From Chromera velia (taxonomy: Eukaryota): 64,000 bases of DNA. Position numbers and translations under genes: made by a program. A model generated the notes under the pieces. It was not told the DNA's origin, did no database searches, and saw only the letters and a program-made list of their open reading frames with translations. Each line of letters begins with the position of its first letter. The stretch's first letter is position 1. Location: positions 62,001 to 126,000 of the forward strand of contig JAHBMJ010000377.1 in assembly GCA_018398765.1 (NCBI GenBank). Direction: 5' to 3'. This document shows positions 1 through 14,414 of this stretch, in pieces.

Positions 1-200
1 ACTGAAAGAAAAGACACGCAAGGGAAAGAAAACTCAGATCCAGGCTCAGTCGCAAGAATGAGTCGGACACAGATTTAATCAGATTCCCTCGAATTCACAA
101 AACTACAATGCATACACTAGCTGTCTACATACATGGGCGCCCGCCCATTCGGCTCTCTCTACTAACAGAGACCAACAAAGAGGAAAGAAAGCCCACGTAC

Positions 201-2658
201 CTTCGCACGTCTGCCCTCCCCCTCAGCAAAATCGATCAGACGCACCAGCCCTCCGTTTCTCTCACTGATCGCTATGCGCCTTCCCATTTCGTCTGCCGCA
301 AGGCCCATTGGCACGTTCAGTCTGACATCCTGAATATTCGCTTCCAAAACACGCCGCCGCTCCACGGCCTCCTTCTCCTTCCTCTTCTGTCTTGCCGTCT
401 CTGTCTCTCTCGCCCCTGCCTCATGCTCTCTGATGCCCCCCCGCATGATCCTGGTCCTGTTCATAATGGCAGAAGACTGCTCACCTACCTCCCCTGCCCT
501 GCCGACTAAAGTCTCGAAGGAAAGAATCATCGAAACGGACTTGAGGGCAGAAGAGGAAGAAGAGGAGGGCACATAAGGTTTCAGTCGGACCAAACGGACG
601 CAGTGCACATCTGCTTCTGCGAAAATGAGACATTCTGAAATCCCAGCAGAAGCAGCAGACGACTTGCTGCTTGGTTTTGTGTTTGATGAGCCAAAGGGAG
701 ACGCTCGGAGTGCGCTTCGAATTCTCTCCTCCGACTCCTGCCGGAAGTCCGGACAGACGACGATCTGCTGGGGTAAACCAATCCGCACTGCCCCCTTTTC
801 CGCATTTGTTGATGTTTTGCCGCTTCTGCTGCTGTCACTGTTTGTAGTGCCACATCCAGGTCTTCCAGGGACACCGACAACGACAGAGACTGACAGGCTC
901 TCGTCAGAGACCATTCTTCGGATGCAATTGTTTCCTGTGTCTGCAAGAAGACATACTTACTTGTGGACAATCATAAAACAAAACAAAATAAAACTTGTGA
1001 CAATGGAAAAGGTTGTGCACGGACTGCCAGACCGAAGGGGAAGAAGACACTAATGCCAACAGAGACTGCATGGATGAAACAGAGAGAGCAAAGTTGCATG
1101 ATATCAGGCTTAGAGATTTGGAAACAGGACAAGAATGAGGGAACTAGCGAAAGGACACCACAAAGCGCAATCAAACAAAGGACGGATTGATTTCTCGATC
1201 GCACCCTCTTTTGCCCATGCACCTGAAATGTAGAGGTTTCCGCTCAGGTCAAAGGCGAGAGATGAAGGAAACTTCAACCGCACCTGCAATTAATCGCCCG
1301 GACAGGTGCTAGGGCAAATACACAGAGAGAGATGCATGCGGAGAATTAAAGAGAGACAGGCACCTTATTTCTTTCATTCTCTGACCCTATCCCTTTCCCC
1401 TTCATGTCAGGAAGGTCACAGTGAAAACACCCCACTCAAGGATATTCAAGGATGGACCAACACAACGCGAAGCGACTTGCTGCAGCTTATGCTTATGGAA
1501 CCAAGTTGACGCACGCATGGGCATGCAGAGTGACTGGCCTGAACCAAACCCGAATGAATGAAGGATTACTTCTTGCTTCTCTCTATTTGTTCACGTACTG
1601 ACTTACCTTTGAAGCTGGGACATTCTGGTTCTGCCTGACTATCTCCTCGTCCTCCACCGGCCCCTTTGCAAGCACTGCCGTCTTCAGTGCGTCCTGCTCA
1701 TTCTCCGCTTCGACAGAATGCTCTCCTTCGCCCCCCTCGTCCCCGTCTCCCGAGGGGGAAGGGGCAGACAGGCCCTTGTGCTTCCTTGAGATGATGGTGC
1801 ACAGCGAGGCAGCACGGTCAAATTCTGGAGTGACACCGTCAGAGGCGGAGACCGGAAACCGGAGGACCCGAATGGCGTGGTTGCCTGAACAAGGAGAAGA
1901 AGAAGAAGAAGAAGAAGAAGAAGAAGAAGAGGAGGAGGAGGAGGAGGAGGAGGAAGGGACGAGACGGTTGGAAACAGAGAGAGAAACAATGAGACTGGAA
2001 GGAAAGAATGCAGAGATAACACAGCAGAAAAGCCCCCCCGAATTTGGAAGAGTGATCGACAGATATTCATTGCCTGAAGCTAAGCTTCAATTGGTATCTG
2101 ATGGATCTAATGGAGTAGTCTTGAGACCACCATGTGTCAACGCTTAGCGACCCACAAGGCAGCAAAGAGAAGAAGAAGGAAGGAGGGAAGAAAGAAGGGG
2201 GAAAAGGACGAATAGAATCAAAAGAATAGGAATCGCAAGAAAAGACGATAATTAATGGATGAATCTTCCTTTCTGACCGGAATCACAGAACCAAACGAGG
2301 CCCGGTTTCTTTGGAAAGATTGCCAGACCCTTGGGGAAGGACAGAAGAGAGTCAACTGCATCTCCCCCCTCAGTACCAGAGTCACCCTCTATTCCGACGC
2401 GGCCTGCATGCATTGATTTTCATACAGAATACGCACGCACGCTTGACTGCTTCCAAACGATAATTGCAAAAGAGAGCGGAAGTGCACCATCTGCATTATC
2501 TTGTTTATTTTACGTGAAGAGCAGCTAATAGGGGAAAACCTTTGTCTTCGACACATACCCTGACATCCACAAAACCGGACAGACGCACATAAAGCCGCCC
2601 CTGCAGCCCCGCACGCACGTCAAAGAAAGAAAATCGAACGAACGAACAAACGGACGAA

Positions 2659-2689
<31 letters not shown>

Positions 2690-2791
2690 AAGAAAGAAAG
2701 AAAGAAAAACAGACAGACAGACAGACAGACAGGAAGGAAGGAAGGAAGGAAGGAAGGAAGAACTAAAGAGAGAGAAACAGAGAGAGAGAGG

Positions 2792-2825
<34 letters not shown>

Positions 2826-2828
2826 GAA

Positions 2829-2861
<33 letters not shown>

Positions 2862-3133
2862 GAGAGACAGAGAGAGAAAAGAGGTTGCGCAATTGACCTG
2901 CGACCACCGAGATCCGACTGCGCTGATCTACGTGACGGATCACATGATTCTTTCTGTCGCTCACAAAAAAACCTCCTTGTCTGCAAGCAACAGTAAAAAA
3001 GCAAGAAAAACAAAAGGATAGCGTCTGTGCAGACACACGAACTTACTTGCACACATTTACACGGTTACATACTTGCACACAAACGCACTCTCTCTCTCTC
3101 TCTCTCTCACTCTCTTACTCACTCACTCACTCA

Positions 3134-3185
<52 letters not shown>

Positions 3186-4555
3186 CACACTCATACACAC
3201 ACACGCATACACACACACGCATACACATACACACATGCACACAAGGGGAGAGAGAGAGAGAGAGGCAGAGAGAAGAAGAGAGAGAGAAACCCCTCTTCGC
3301 GCGTTTCCATCCAGGCAAAAGTCGTTCGCCCTCTCTGCAGAGCACTCCCTCTTCACCCTTCAGCGAATTGAACATTTCGTTCTTTTCCTCCTGACAGAAG
3401 AAAAATTCAAACAAACAGCAATGCTCCAGAGGTCTTCTGACAGGACAAACAATCAAAACTCCTCCTTCCCCTTCTTACAGACTCCCTCACCCACCCACCC
3501 ACCCATCGTGAACTGCGTGGAAGGGTTGCCACATGTCTGCATTGCGTGCGTCACCCTCCTCAGGATCCCCTCCTGCAGGACCCCAGGCACTCACATGATG
3601 AACGCAGCAGATGGATGTAGCGGGGCCCTAGCTTGCAAAAGGGGGGGCGTTCATTCAACAAATCCACTGAGAACACTTTTGCCATGCAGAAGAAAGCAGG
3701 TCACTCATGAGGTTCCTGTGTCATAGAGTGTCAAAAAGAAAGCAATACAGAAGAAAGCAGGTCACTTGTGAGGTTCCTGTGTCATAGAGTGTCAAAAAGA
3801 AAGCAATACAGAAAAAAGCAGGTCACTCATGAGGTTCCTGTGTCATAGAATGTCAAAAAGAAAGCAATACAGAAAAAAGCAGGTCACTCATGAGGTTCCT
3901 GTGTCATAGAGTGTCAAAAAGAAAGCAATACAGAAAAAAGCAGGTCACTCATGAGGTTCCTGTGTCATAGAGTGTCAAAAAGAAAGCAATACAGAAAAAA
4001 GCAGGTCACTCATGAGGTTCCTGTGTCATAGAGTGTCAAAAAGAAAGCAATACAGAAAAAAGCAGGTCACTCATGAGGTTCCTGTGTCATAGAGTGTCAA
4101 AAAGAAAGCAATACAGAAAAAAGCAGGTCACTCATGAGGTTCCTGTGTCATAGAGTGTCAAAAAGAAAGCAATACAGAAAAAAGCAGGTCACTTGTGAGG
4201 TTCATGTAGGGTCAAAAAGAAACAGAGGGGGGGGAGGGGGGGAACACTGTGCTATCTGTTGAGCTCACATTCTGAGACTCTGCCTGAATGCCGATTCGTG
4301 AACTACAAGCCACAATGATTCGAATGAGCTAACGTACCCAGTTTCCCTGACCCTGCCAGCACGGATCTCGTCCAATGAAACTTCTTCACGTGCTTTGCGA
4401 ATTCGGTCTCTTCCCTGCCCCCTCCCGTGGAGGGTGAGGAGCTCGCATGGCCAGCAGAGGGGGTCCCGAGAGACCTGTACCCGGAGCCTTTGTTGTGAAC
4501 CGTTTGGGCCCCTGTGAGCAGAATACGAAGCATGCGACAGTAATCCGCCAGACAG
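201..4555 (-). CDS. Partial multi-exon NHL-repeat (beta-propeller) protein; runs off the left window edge, 5' exons unresolved
   Basis: Minus-strand exons with GT/AG ends at ~4555-4338, 2980-2898, ~2075-1607 and ~956-201. They encode NHL-like motifs: FFVSDRKNHVIRHVDQRSRISVVAG, CLLADTGNNCIRRM, LIFAEADVHCVRLV, IAISERNGGLVRLID. Exon set is incomplete. Confidence 0.6.
2630..3290. repeat. Compound microsatellite tracts (GACA, GAAA, GGAA, GA, CT, CA), intronic
   Basis: Directly visible simple repeats flanking the small 2980-2898 exon. Confidence 0.95.
3688..4203. repeat. Minisatellite, 61-bp unit, ~8.5 copies
   Basis: Unit AGAAAAAAGCAGGTCACTCATGAGGTTCCTGTGTCATAGAGTGTCAAAAAGAAAGCAATAC recurring every 61 bp. 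Confidence 0.95.
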
Positions 4556-4565
4556 CTAGATAGAT

Positions 4566-4576
4566 GACAGACAGGC

Positions 4577-4644
<68 letters not shown>

Positions 4645-4647
4645 GGA

Positions 4648-4682
<35 letters not shown>

Positions 4683-4685
4683 ACG

Positions 4686-4728
<43 letters not shown>

Positions 4729-4850
4729 GGACAGACAGACAGACGGACAGGCAGACAGACAGACAGACAGACAGACAGGCAGACAGGCAGACAGGCAGAC
4801 AGACAGACGGACAGACGGACAGACGGACAGACGGACAGACGGACAGACGG

Positions 4851-4921
<71 letters not shown>

Positions 4922-4947
4922 GACAGACAGACGGACAGACAGACGGG

Positions 4948-4996
<49 letters not shown>

Positions 4997-5010
4997 GGAC
5001 AGACAGACGG

Positions 5011-5044
<34 letters not shown>

Positions 5045-5095
5045 AGGCACACAGACAGATAGACAGACAGACAGACAAACAAACAAACAAATAAA
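4566..5095. repeat. (GACA/GACG/GCCA)n tetranucleotide microsatellite
   Basis: Directly visible. Confidence 0.97.
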
Positions 5096-6481
5096 CATAC
5101 AAAGAAGACAAATTATTGCACAAATAAACATACAGATAGACATATCAGACAGACAGGAAAGCAGACAGATAGACAGTGACAGATACATAGAAAGAAAGAC
5201 ATCTTTTACATTGCCATCCCTCCTCCTGCTTCTCCCCGACACACACTGCCCTCTATCAGTCCCTGGCCGATAACTCAAGCTTTTTCAATCACATATAATG
5301 CGGGTGCTCAAGTCGTGAAGGAGGGCAGTCATGTGCGCCAGAAATTTTGCCCTCGGCGACTCAGGTCAGACACTGTGTGCATGCATCCTCGGGGCTCACT
5401 CACCGATGTGGAGGTCGAATTGGTCTGCACAGGCAGGGAGGGAGAAAAGGTGAACAGGGAGAGGTATGTGATGCGTGCACGATCATGTACAAGATGGAGA
5501 AGGGCAGCCTTCCATTTGTTTTTCACGTCGTACCTTTCATTCTGTTTCCCTCCGTCGCTTCCTCTTGAGCATGCACCGATACGAAAAAAAACTCGGGCCT
5601 CAAGCTACAGTGCGCTCAGAGGGGATGAATCCTCCCTGTCTTGCACAAGACAAGAAACGCGGCTTGACTGTCCAGTTTCCAGAAAGGGAGAAAACGCTGT
5701 GACCCTGGAAGAGCTCGACGACTTTCTTAGTAGAGAGAGAGTCAGACTGACTGATGACACTTAATACTGCAGAGTGTCAGACTGAATCTGGACCGAAGGA
5801 TTGATTCATGTCCAGTTCACCGATGACCAAGCTGACTTGTTAGTGCGTGCCGATATGGGTGTCTACCATACACATTGGTTCCTGGTTGGCTCATGCATGC
5901 AATGGAGCATCTGTGACTGTGAAACGGCAACCAGAAAAGTGCTGCATGTGACAGCTAATATGTCATGCAGCCATAGGTTGATTCATGGTTGATTCGGACG
6001 GTCGATTTCGATCGCATGAGTGTCGGGTTTTTGGGGGGGGTTGGCATGTCCGCCGCGGGCCCGCGGCTCGCGCGCTTTAAGGCGTGCGGTCCCATGCCGT
6101 CCCTAGCTGTCGATCATTCTCTGTCTCCTGCGCACCGTCTCCTCTCAGGTCGACTATGAGCGTTCTGGAGGTAGCCAGATCGATCGCCGGATTATCTCGT
6201 CTGTTTCTCTGCTCTAACCATCTCTCTTGGTCCAGGCACATCTCTCTCTGTCATCGCTTTCTGAGTAACAGATCCCTGCAGCATCATATCATTGGTCCAC
6301 AAGTCACTCTGAGGACGACACAGGATCGACAGTTCGAAGTTTCCACAAATCCTCTGCACAGCCCCTCGCTGTGCTCTCTTTCCCTCGACCTGCACATCTC
6401 ACCGCCGTGGCGTGTCGACACTTCTCCCTTTGATCCTTCCAAAAAGTGAATAAAGCGGAAAGGTGACAGTGATCCTCAGAA

Positions 6482-8326
6482 ATGATCTTTCGCGGTGCAT
6501 CCGAATTTGACAGCGACGACGTTCCAAACCTGGATGAGGAGAAACCCCTCTCATACGTCCAATTGTGGGCTGCGGGAGGCGTTCCCTTCACCGTCCTTGA
6601 AGGTCTTGTTCCCTTTTTTTCTCATCGAGACCTGCAAGCAATGGCCAAGACTTGCAGAGGAGCGTTGGTCGACTTTTGTTCGCAGTTGCAATTGAAAGGG
6701 ATCATCAAGGAGTCAGACGACCTCTCCGAATTCTTCAAGGAAGCCCCAGGCCGTGCCACCTGTCCCGACTTTGCTCTGGACATTCTCACCCGCACCGTCC
6801 GAATCCCCACATGGGGCGAGGGTGCCAAAGCCCGTCCCTCAAAGTTCTGCAGAGAATTCCTTGCAGAAATCTTCTTCCGAGATGTTTTCTTCCCCCCTTC
6901 CTCTGCCAAGTCTAAGGACTTTCTGTTGTCTCTGAAACAGCAGATTTATTGCAGAATTCCCGCCCCCCTCTTCCAAGAAGTCTCCAACCTGTATCACTTA
7001 CGTGAGGACAAAAAAGAAACTCTGGGTGCCGTGGAAGCCCTACGGTTGGACATTACTATGCCGACCTGCCCGGAGAGGAGCTATTCCTGCCCGGCAGAAG
7101 AAACCGAAATTCCTTCCCCCGAGCAGGTCCTTCAATTCACGTCCCTGCGTTCTTTGACCCTCTGCGATTATGCCGTCTCCCCGTCTCTCAAAGCATTCGC
7201 CAAAGCTGCAACAACCAAGAAAAAGTCCGTCTCCTCTTTTCCTCCCCTCCAGCGCCTGGAGGTGGAGTGGCCCCTCGTGCGGGATGACGAGGGTGGCCCA
7301 GACTACAGGGAGGATGCCGGGGCCCTCGAGGCCCTCTGCTCCCACCTAGGGCCCCGGCTGGAGGCCCTCGGCTTGAGGGTGGATCACCGGCAGTTGCCCT
7401 CCGAGCTTGTCCCTGTGTTGGTCGGGGTCAGCGGGACCCTGAGGGACCTCCAGCTGCTGACCTGGAGCGAGTTGAAACTCAAAGGTTCTGGGAGGGATCG
7501 GTATGAGGAAGATGAGGAGGGGGGTGGGGGGGAAGAGGAAGAAGAAGAAGAGGGGGAGGAAGAAGAAGAAGAGGGAGAGGAAGAAGAGAAGAAGGAAGAA
7601 AAAAAGGGTGAGAAGGCAGAAGAGGACAAAGAAAATGAAGAGGAGGGTAAGGGAGAAGAGGGTGAGGAAGAGGAGGGTGCCGAGTGCATTCGGCAGACAC
7701 CCCTCGTTTTACCTCCTCGCAGTGTAACCGTACTGTCGAAGTTCAAGAACCTCCAACGTTTGCAGATGGTTCTTGGGTTTCGAGAGCAGATTCACATGAT
7801 GAATGAGCTTAGGCAACTCCCCTTTTTGACTAGGTTGGGGACATTGGTATTTGAACTTCAATGTGAGGACGGCAGAAGTCGCAGTAGCTTTTTGAGGAAA
7901 TTTCCTTTTGACCTACCTTTGTTCCACCCGGACGTCATCAAGAGGGGGATGGAGGAATTGGCCCTTGCTGTTGACTGCGGGGGTGCGCTTGCGTACAGAG
8001 AGGGATTGAGGGCACAGGGCCTGTACGCTGAAGGCATCTCAGTGCCAGGCACTGCCAGCCATCCGAGGGTGGGTGTGGTGAGAGTGAAGGTGAGCAACTT
8101 CAAACAGGACCCCGGAAATGGAGTCTGTAGTCATAAGTTCGAGAGTGCAGCATGGGCCTGGATGGTCCATTCGTTTTTTCCAGAGAGAGTCATTTTGTGG
8201 ATGAACACGGGGGTGGGGAGGGAGCGAAAGGACGAAATAGCGTGCTTGGCTGCCTTGGGTTCCGTTGGAGGCGACGGAAGGATTGACGGTCAAGGGGCAA
8301 ATGTAGGTGGTGTGTTTTCATCTTCC

Positions 8327-8367
<41 letters not shown>

Positions 8368-8809
8368 TTCTTCTTTTGCTGCTGCTGGTCCTTCTGCGTC
8401 TGGGGTGAGGGCTAAAGCTCGTTCCAAGAGCGAGGCAAAGGGTTGTTCTTCCTCCTCCTCCTCCTCCTCCAGTAGTCGCATGTCCTTGTCAGACTCAGTT
8501 AGCAGACAGAGACCCCTTCAGATCTACGAAGATCTAGACTTTGATATGGAAGAGGATTCTGTGACACTTCCCGTGTCCACCCCGTTAGGGAAGTCTCCTC
8601 TGCCCTGCGACACGCAAAGGTACAGAAAGTACGGTGAAGAAGAGAAATATGACCAGACAGGAAAGAAAAGAAGAAAAAAGAATGAGAGGGGTGCTGATAA
8701 ACATGATGATAAGGATGATGACCAAGATGCCGTATACAGTGATGCTGACGATGATGAGGCAAACCAAAACCCTGCTGGACGCGAACTCATGTTGAGACTC
8801 GGACTTTAA
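6482..8809 (+). CDS. Intronless 775-aa protein, putative F-box/LRR-like with poly-Glu and poly-Ser tracts
   Basis: Long ORF. N-terminal VPFTVLEGLVPFFSHRDLQAMAKTCR resembles an F-box. Repeated LxxLxL segments (SLRSLTL, PLQRLEV, RLEALGL, TLRDLQL, NLQRLQM). Domain call is by eye. Confidence 0.6.
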
Positions 8810-11442
8810 GTCTTTGTCGAGACTAGCCATCAACGTTCACGTGACTCATGCATGTTATTCAGCTGTGGTTAGTGGTCCAACAGACTCCAATTTTTGTAGG
8901 TTGCCGTGCCCAGTGACTATACGACCACCACCTTGGAGTGTATTCAGTCACACTGTCAGAGCTAGTCACACAACTCCGGCCATGAATTTCCGGTATTACT
9001 AGTAGTTATAGGTCATGATTAGTTATGATTTTTTTTTGGGGGGGGGGCATTGACTTAAAATTTGTTTCTAGCGTCTAGCTAACCTGTTCTTCCGCCTCTT
9101 CCTTCTATCCTGTTTACTGTTCTCGCTACTTTAATTCATTTAATCCAATTATAATTTTATTTTTTTTATTATAATCTTATCATAATATTTGCCATTGGGA
9201 CACGATGGCTGGCGGGTTAAGTCACGTCATCATCGATCAGCACCATCAATCTAAATTTTTGAATATATGTATGTTTTTTAATTGATAAAAAAAAATAATC
9301 AAAGCTTAAAGCCGTTGAAAAACTATATAGGCGTCCGCAAAAAAAAAAATCCCAAACTTGAAACCCTTTATTAAAAGTTTATTTTTTTTTCTAGTTTTTC
9401 TTTTTTAGTCAAATAACTGTTCCATGTTCAAGTCTAGCGTCATGATCAGCCAGCTAGCATTGAATGAAAAGAAAAAAAATCAAATGCGAGCCTCAACATG
9501 CGCAGTCATACGTATATATACTTCCCGCTTTTTTTAACGCTTTCAAGTTCTTCCACTTTGTATGCATATATTTTTTAGTTTGCGAAGCAGCTCCAAATTC
9601 GTCCTACAAAGGAAGAAAAAGACAGAAAAAACGTAAATACGTCTTTTAGACTTCTTTATCGACGAAAACGTCAACAAAGCTGAATGACCACCTTGCCCGT
9701 ATAGTAGCGTATACATGCCTCAAGAGAAAAAAACGGAAAGGAATTGGTAAAAAAAATTAAGATGACGTCAGATGTACCGATTGTCCCTTCAATCTGACAA
9801 GACAAAGGAAGGGACAGACGGGGAGGTACCAAAGAGTAAGGGAAAAATTCAAAGCAAAATCCTTCCTGCAAGCTCCCAGCCAGACTTCATTCTAATCTAG
9901 GATCGATCACCTCATCCATCTATGCTTCTCGGCCAAACATATCATTGCACGTCTTCATTAACAGTCTTGCCAAAACCACATCCAGGGAGAGACTCAATTC
10001 TCTCACCTTGCTCATGGACATGTGCTGATGCATGAATGTGTGTGTGTAGGCAGATAGATTGGAGGTCTTCTTTCCAACAGCTGCAACAATAGAAAACGAA
10101 GAAAAGCTGACCGACAAAATCAACGCGAGAAAGATTGGCTGACTGTCAGCATTTTTGATTTGAACAGAAACGGCTTGCGCCCAATCTACTGGAGGCCAAC
10201 GAAAGGAAGGGAAATGTACCTTTTTCAACGCCCTGTATTGATATTTAACGAATCGATACGCATGGACCAATCCGATTCGGACCGTGCGCCCTCATTTTCT
10301 TCCTTCCCGTTGATGACAGGAAGGAACAGTGACTGTGCCTCCTCTGAGGCTTCCTTTGTATGGATCTTCTCCTGATCGATCACGTGTAGACTGACAGGCC
10401 GGACAGAGACCAACCTCATGCATGCATGCGTATTCACGTACGGGTTGATGAACATTAAAGAGAAAGGAATTGAAATTAAAGCCAACTACACAGAGGCAAA
10501 AAACAACAAACAAAAAGGGGAGAGGGAGGGAGGGAGAAATTCTGCGGACCCACCCGACTGTCATGCACTTAACTGAAACCAAATAGAAGACTCAACCAAC
10601 CGCATCCCATGCATGCAGTCCTCTTCCCCCTCCCCCCCAGCCTCTGTCTGAGAGACATGCATTCGCCACGTCGATCGCACGAATTTGTTTTAAAAAGAGC
10701 TTAAAGCGTTAGGACTACATGCGAAGGAGACGGGCACAGGTCTCACGCGAGGGAGGGCTCATATGAATTGACCGAGAGAGAGGCGATCGTGCCAGTCGGT
10801 AATCATGCATGGAGGGGAATCGATCAGGCAGGCATTCATCATGCGGGGAAATGCAATGGCGTGGCGTTAATTTGTTGATGAGAGGGACAGAGAGAGAGAG
10901 AAACAGAGAGGAAAATGAACTCTTCTCTTCGTTGCTTTTCGGTGTTTTTCTGGTTTCTGCGTCTCCTCACCCCGAGGCTTTTCTTTTTTTTGTGATCATT
11001 CAGAGTCAATGGTTGTTTCGTTTCTCCGATCTTGCTTGACTCCAGATTTGCGTCCGCGATTCTCCAGAATTTATTTTGTTTGTCTCAAACTGAAGTCGAA
11101 TGCTTGCCTGCGGTTGCATGGTCCTATCGTCTTTGATTGAAGAGAAATGCAAAACCTCTCCCCAACCAACCCGATGCGGCCCAGTCATGCAGGAGTTCAG
11201 AGAAGAGAAAAGAAAAACGCAAACCCCACGTTCTTTCTCACCCCACTCGATCTCTTCATTGTTCTCTTTGACTTGTCGTCAGCAAAAAGGGACGGATCCG
11301 ATTTCTCGTCTCTCCCTCCCACCCTTTTTCATTCTGTCTGCATGTCTCTCCAGTAGTCTTTTCTGATTCTCTGTTTCCAAAGCCAGACAGGAGGGCGGAT
11401 AGCTGCGTTGAGCTATTCCGTCATGCATTCGAGAAAGGCAGA

Positions 11443-11478
<36 letters not shown>

Positions 11479-12393
11479 GAGAGAGAGAGAGAGAGAGAGG
11501 GGGGGGNNNNNNGGGGGGGGGGGGGGGGAGAAATGTAAGGAAGGAAGGGATCCATGGACAAGATCGACGACATGAAAGAAATCACGTGATTTTCCCTCGA
11601 CATGCTGACAGCGGGCTGCTGAACAGTCAAACCGACCTATCATGCAGTCCGGCTGTCAATTTTGGATTTGTTTGTTTCGTTTCTTGTGAGAAAACGAAGA
11701 GGAGAATAACCGAAGCGGCCGCCCTCTCGTTATCTCACATCATTCATTCATGCCACGATGCACTCATGCACTTAATTAAAATCGAATTTTCATTGCAAGG
11801 CCTCTCCCAACGCAGCGATGCATGCTGCCCAAGTGCAGCAAATGTTAAAACGGTGGATGCATGGAGGGAGGGAAGAGGTTCAGGAGGGAAGGAAGGAAAT
11901 CCGGCTGCTGACATCCGCGCTCTGCCTCCCCTTCCTTCAAATAGAAAGCAGCAAACCATCGCAGGCCGATGGACAGTGGTAGTTGTGAGTGAGGGAAGCT
12001 GCCGAGATAAAGAAAGAGGAAGGCGGGAGAGGAAACGAAAGAAACGGCAATTGCAGTAGAAAGGAAGAAAAGAGGGGGGGGGCAAAGAAGAAAGGAGGGA
12101 AGGAAGGTTGGAGAGAAAGAAAGAAGGAACCGATACTCGTACCCCCTAAAAAAGGAGAGTCGAGTGAATTTACTTTACAGCAAGGAAGGAAGGGAGGCTA
12201 CTCATGCAATCAAGGAATTTATTTGAAACCGGAACGGCCTGTCTGCCTTCCTTCTTTATTTTCCCCCTCCGTTTTCCCTCTCCTCCCAAATTTTTCATTT
12301 CATTCATCTTGTTCAACATCCTCACGTCTCCTTTCCACTCTTGATTCTTTTCCATTCCATTCTCTTCTATTCTTCCCTCACCTCTTTACTCAC

Positions 12394-14310
12394 TCATGCC
12401 GACAGAATGGGCTTACGACCGGATGAGGAGGAGGCCGTGCCAGGCGCTGCCTTGGCTGAGTCGACCAGCTTGTACAGAGGGGGGAAGGTCGCTCTTTTGA
12501 CTGCCTTGTAAACCTCAGCGAGGCACATGAAGACGACGGACAGGGCAAGAACCAGCCCCCACTCCCAGCTGCCCCCCAGGTGCTTGAACACCTTATCGTT
12601 GATGAACGGAGCGTAAAGGAGAGGCACGCACAGCAGCGTGCCGCACACCACCGAAGCCCACAGCACGGTGTTTTTCAGCGTCGACTTCCAGAAAGGAAGT
12701 CTCTGGTGTCTGCAGTTGTACGCATGCAAAAGGAGCAAAGTGTTCAGGGTCAAAAACGCCGTCCCACGTGCCCTCATCACGTCGTCGCAGTCGGTGCCAT
12801 AGTTGCCGTTGCACTCAATGCCTAAATTCCCGTCCGCGAACGACCAGATGTAGATGGAGAAGGCAGCCAAGGTCATGGCGCCCATGATCACACCGTACAC
12901 AGTGCAATCGAGGATGGCCTCGAAGGTGAAAAGCCCATGAGAGACTGGGGGTCTCTGCATGAGATCTGGAGGACACTCATCGAGAGCAATGCCGATCGCG
13001 GGACCGGAGCCCGTGACTGTATTGACAAAGAGGATGGCAATGGGGGAAAGGACAAAGACGGGGAAATTGCGTGCGTCAACGACGTAGGCGAGGGAGATGA
13101 GCAAGGTGACTGCCTCGGCCATGTTGCCAGACAGCAGATGCATGACGAAGCTGCTGATGGATGTGAAGATCCGTCTCCCCTCCTGCACTGCGGAGACGAT
13201 GGTGGCGAAGTTATCATCTGCAATGACGATATCTGCAACTCCCTTGGTGACATCGGACCCTGTGATGCCCATTGCAACACCCACATCTGCCTGTTTGATG
13301 GCAGGGGAGTCGTTCACGCCATCTCCGGTCATGGCAACGACTTTCTTTCTTCTGTGAAGAGCCTCGACCATCCGAACCTTAGAGGCTGGGGAAGAGCGGG
13401 CAACGATGAGGGGAAGGTCGGTCATAGCATCTAGCTCGGCATCGGTCATGGAGTCTAGCACGGGGCCAGTCATGATCATACCCTTCTTGGAGGGGCCCTC
13501 TGGGACGATGCCGATTTCTTTGGCGATGGCCTCGGCGGTGGAGGGGTGATCCCCTGTGAGCATGCGCACAACGATGCCCGCAGAGAAGCACTTCTTGACG
13601 GCAACAATGGAGCTGTTCTTGGGGGGATCTCGCACAGCCACAAGGGCAAGGAGACGGAGGTCACTCTCGACTTCTGCTCTCTCAAAGGTTGTGATATCGT
13701 CGGTGGGTTCTGGGAGGGAGAGGTCAGTGCGTTGTGCAACTGCAAGGACCCGCAGTCCCTTCTGTGCTAGTTTCTCCATCGTCTCCACTAGGGCCGTGTT
13801 GGCGCCAGGGTTGTTGGAGCACCGGGGAAGGATTGCCTCAGGGGCTCCTTTGACGGTCACCAGGTTGGTGTGTGCACTGGGGTCGTGCCACCCTGTTGAC
13901 ATGGTCTTGGTGGTGGAATCGAAATCAAACGTCCCCCTGGACTCCCAATGGGCGTGTGCGGAGTCGAGAGTAGGGATGCTCTCGTCCTTCAAACCATACA
14001 CAATCTTATGAGCCATCTCCATCAACGCAAGCTCTGTAGGAGAGCCGGTGCCCTCGAGCTCATCTGGGTCAATCTCTGTGTGCCCATGGACGGGCACGAG
14101 CTTGGCCGTGCTGCAGAGCACAAGAGCACGCAGGGTGTGACGGAGGAGGACCCCGTCTTCTTCGGTGATTTCTGTGAGGGGGGTGGACCAGGTGGCACGG
14201 CGGTTGTGCCGGGGCCCATCAGGGATCAGTTGCTCGTGGGGAGAGCCGTCGGCATTGCAGAGAACCAACCCAGCAGGGCGCATATTGCCTGCAGGCATGC
14301 AGGGGGAAAG

Positions 14311-14377
<67 letters not shown>

Positions 14378-14378
14378 A

Positions 14379-14414
<36 letters not shown>

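Noticed and set aside
941..960. 20-nt micro-intron GTAAGT...TTGCAG on the minus strand
   Set aside because: The same bases encode CLLA directly before DTGNNCIR, completing an NHL motif, so they are probably exonic.
3688..4203. Regular repeats here and at 59023-59662 as CRISPR arrays
   Set aside because: Units are contiguous and near-identical with no unique spacers. There are no cas genes and the context is eukaryotic introns.
4303..5278. Long ORFs such as (LSVC)n and (TDRQ)n, and similar ones at 2525-3456, 55588-56405, 58817-59810 and 61337-62312
   Set aside because: These are artefacts of stop-free micro- and minisatellites.
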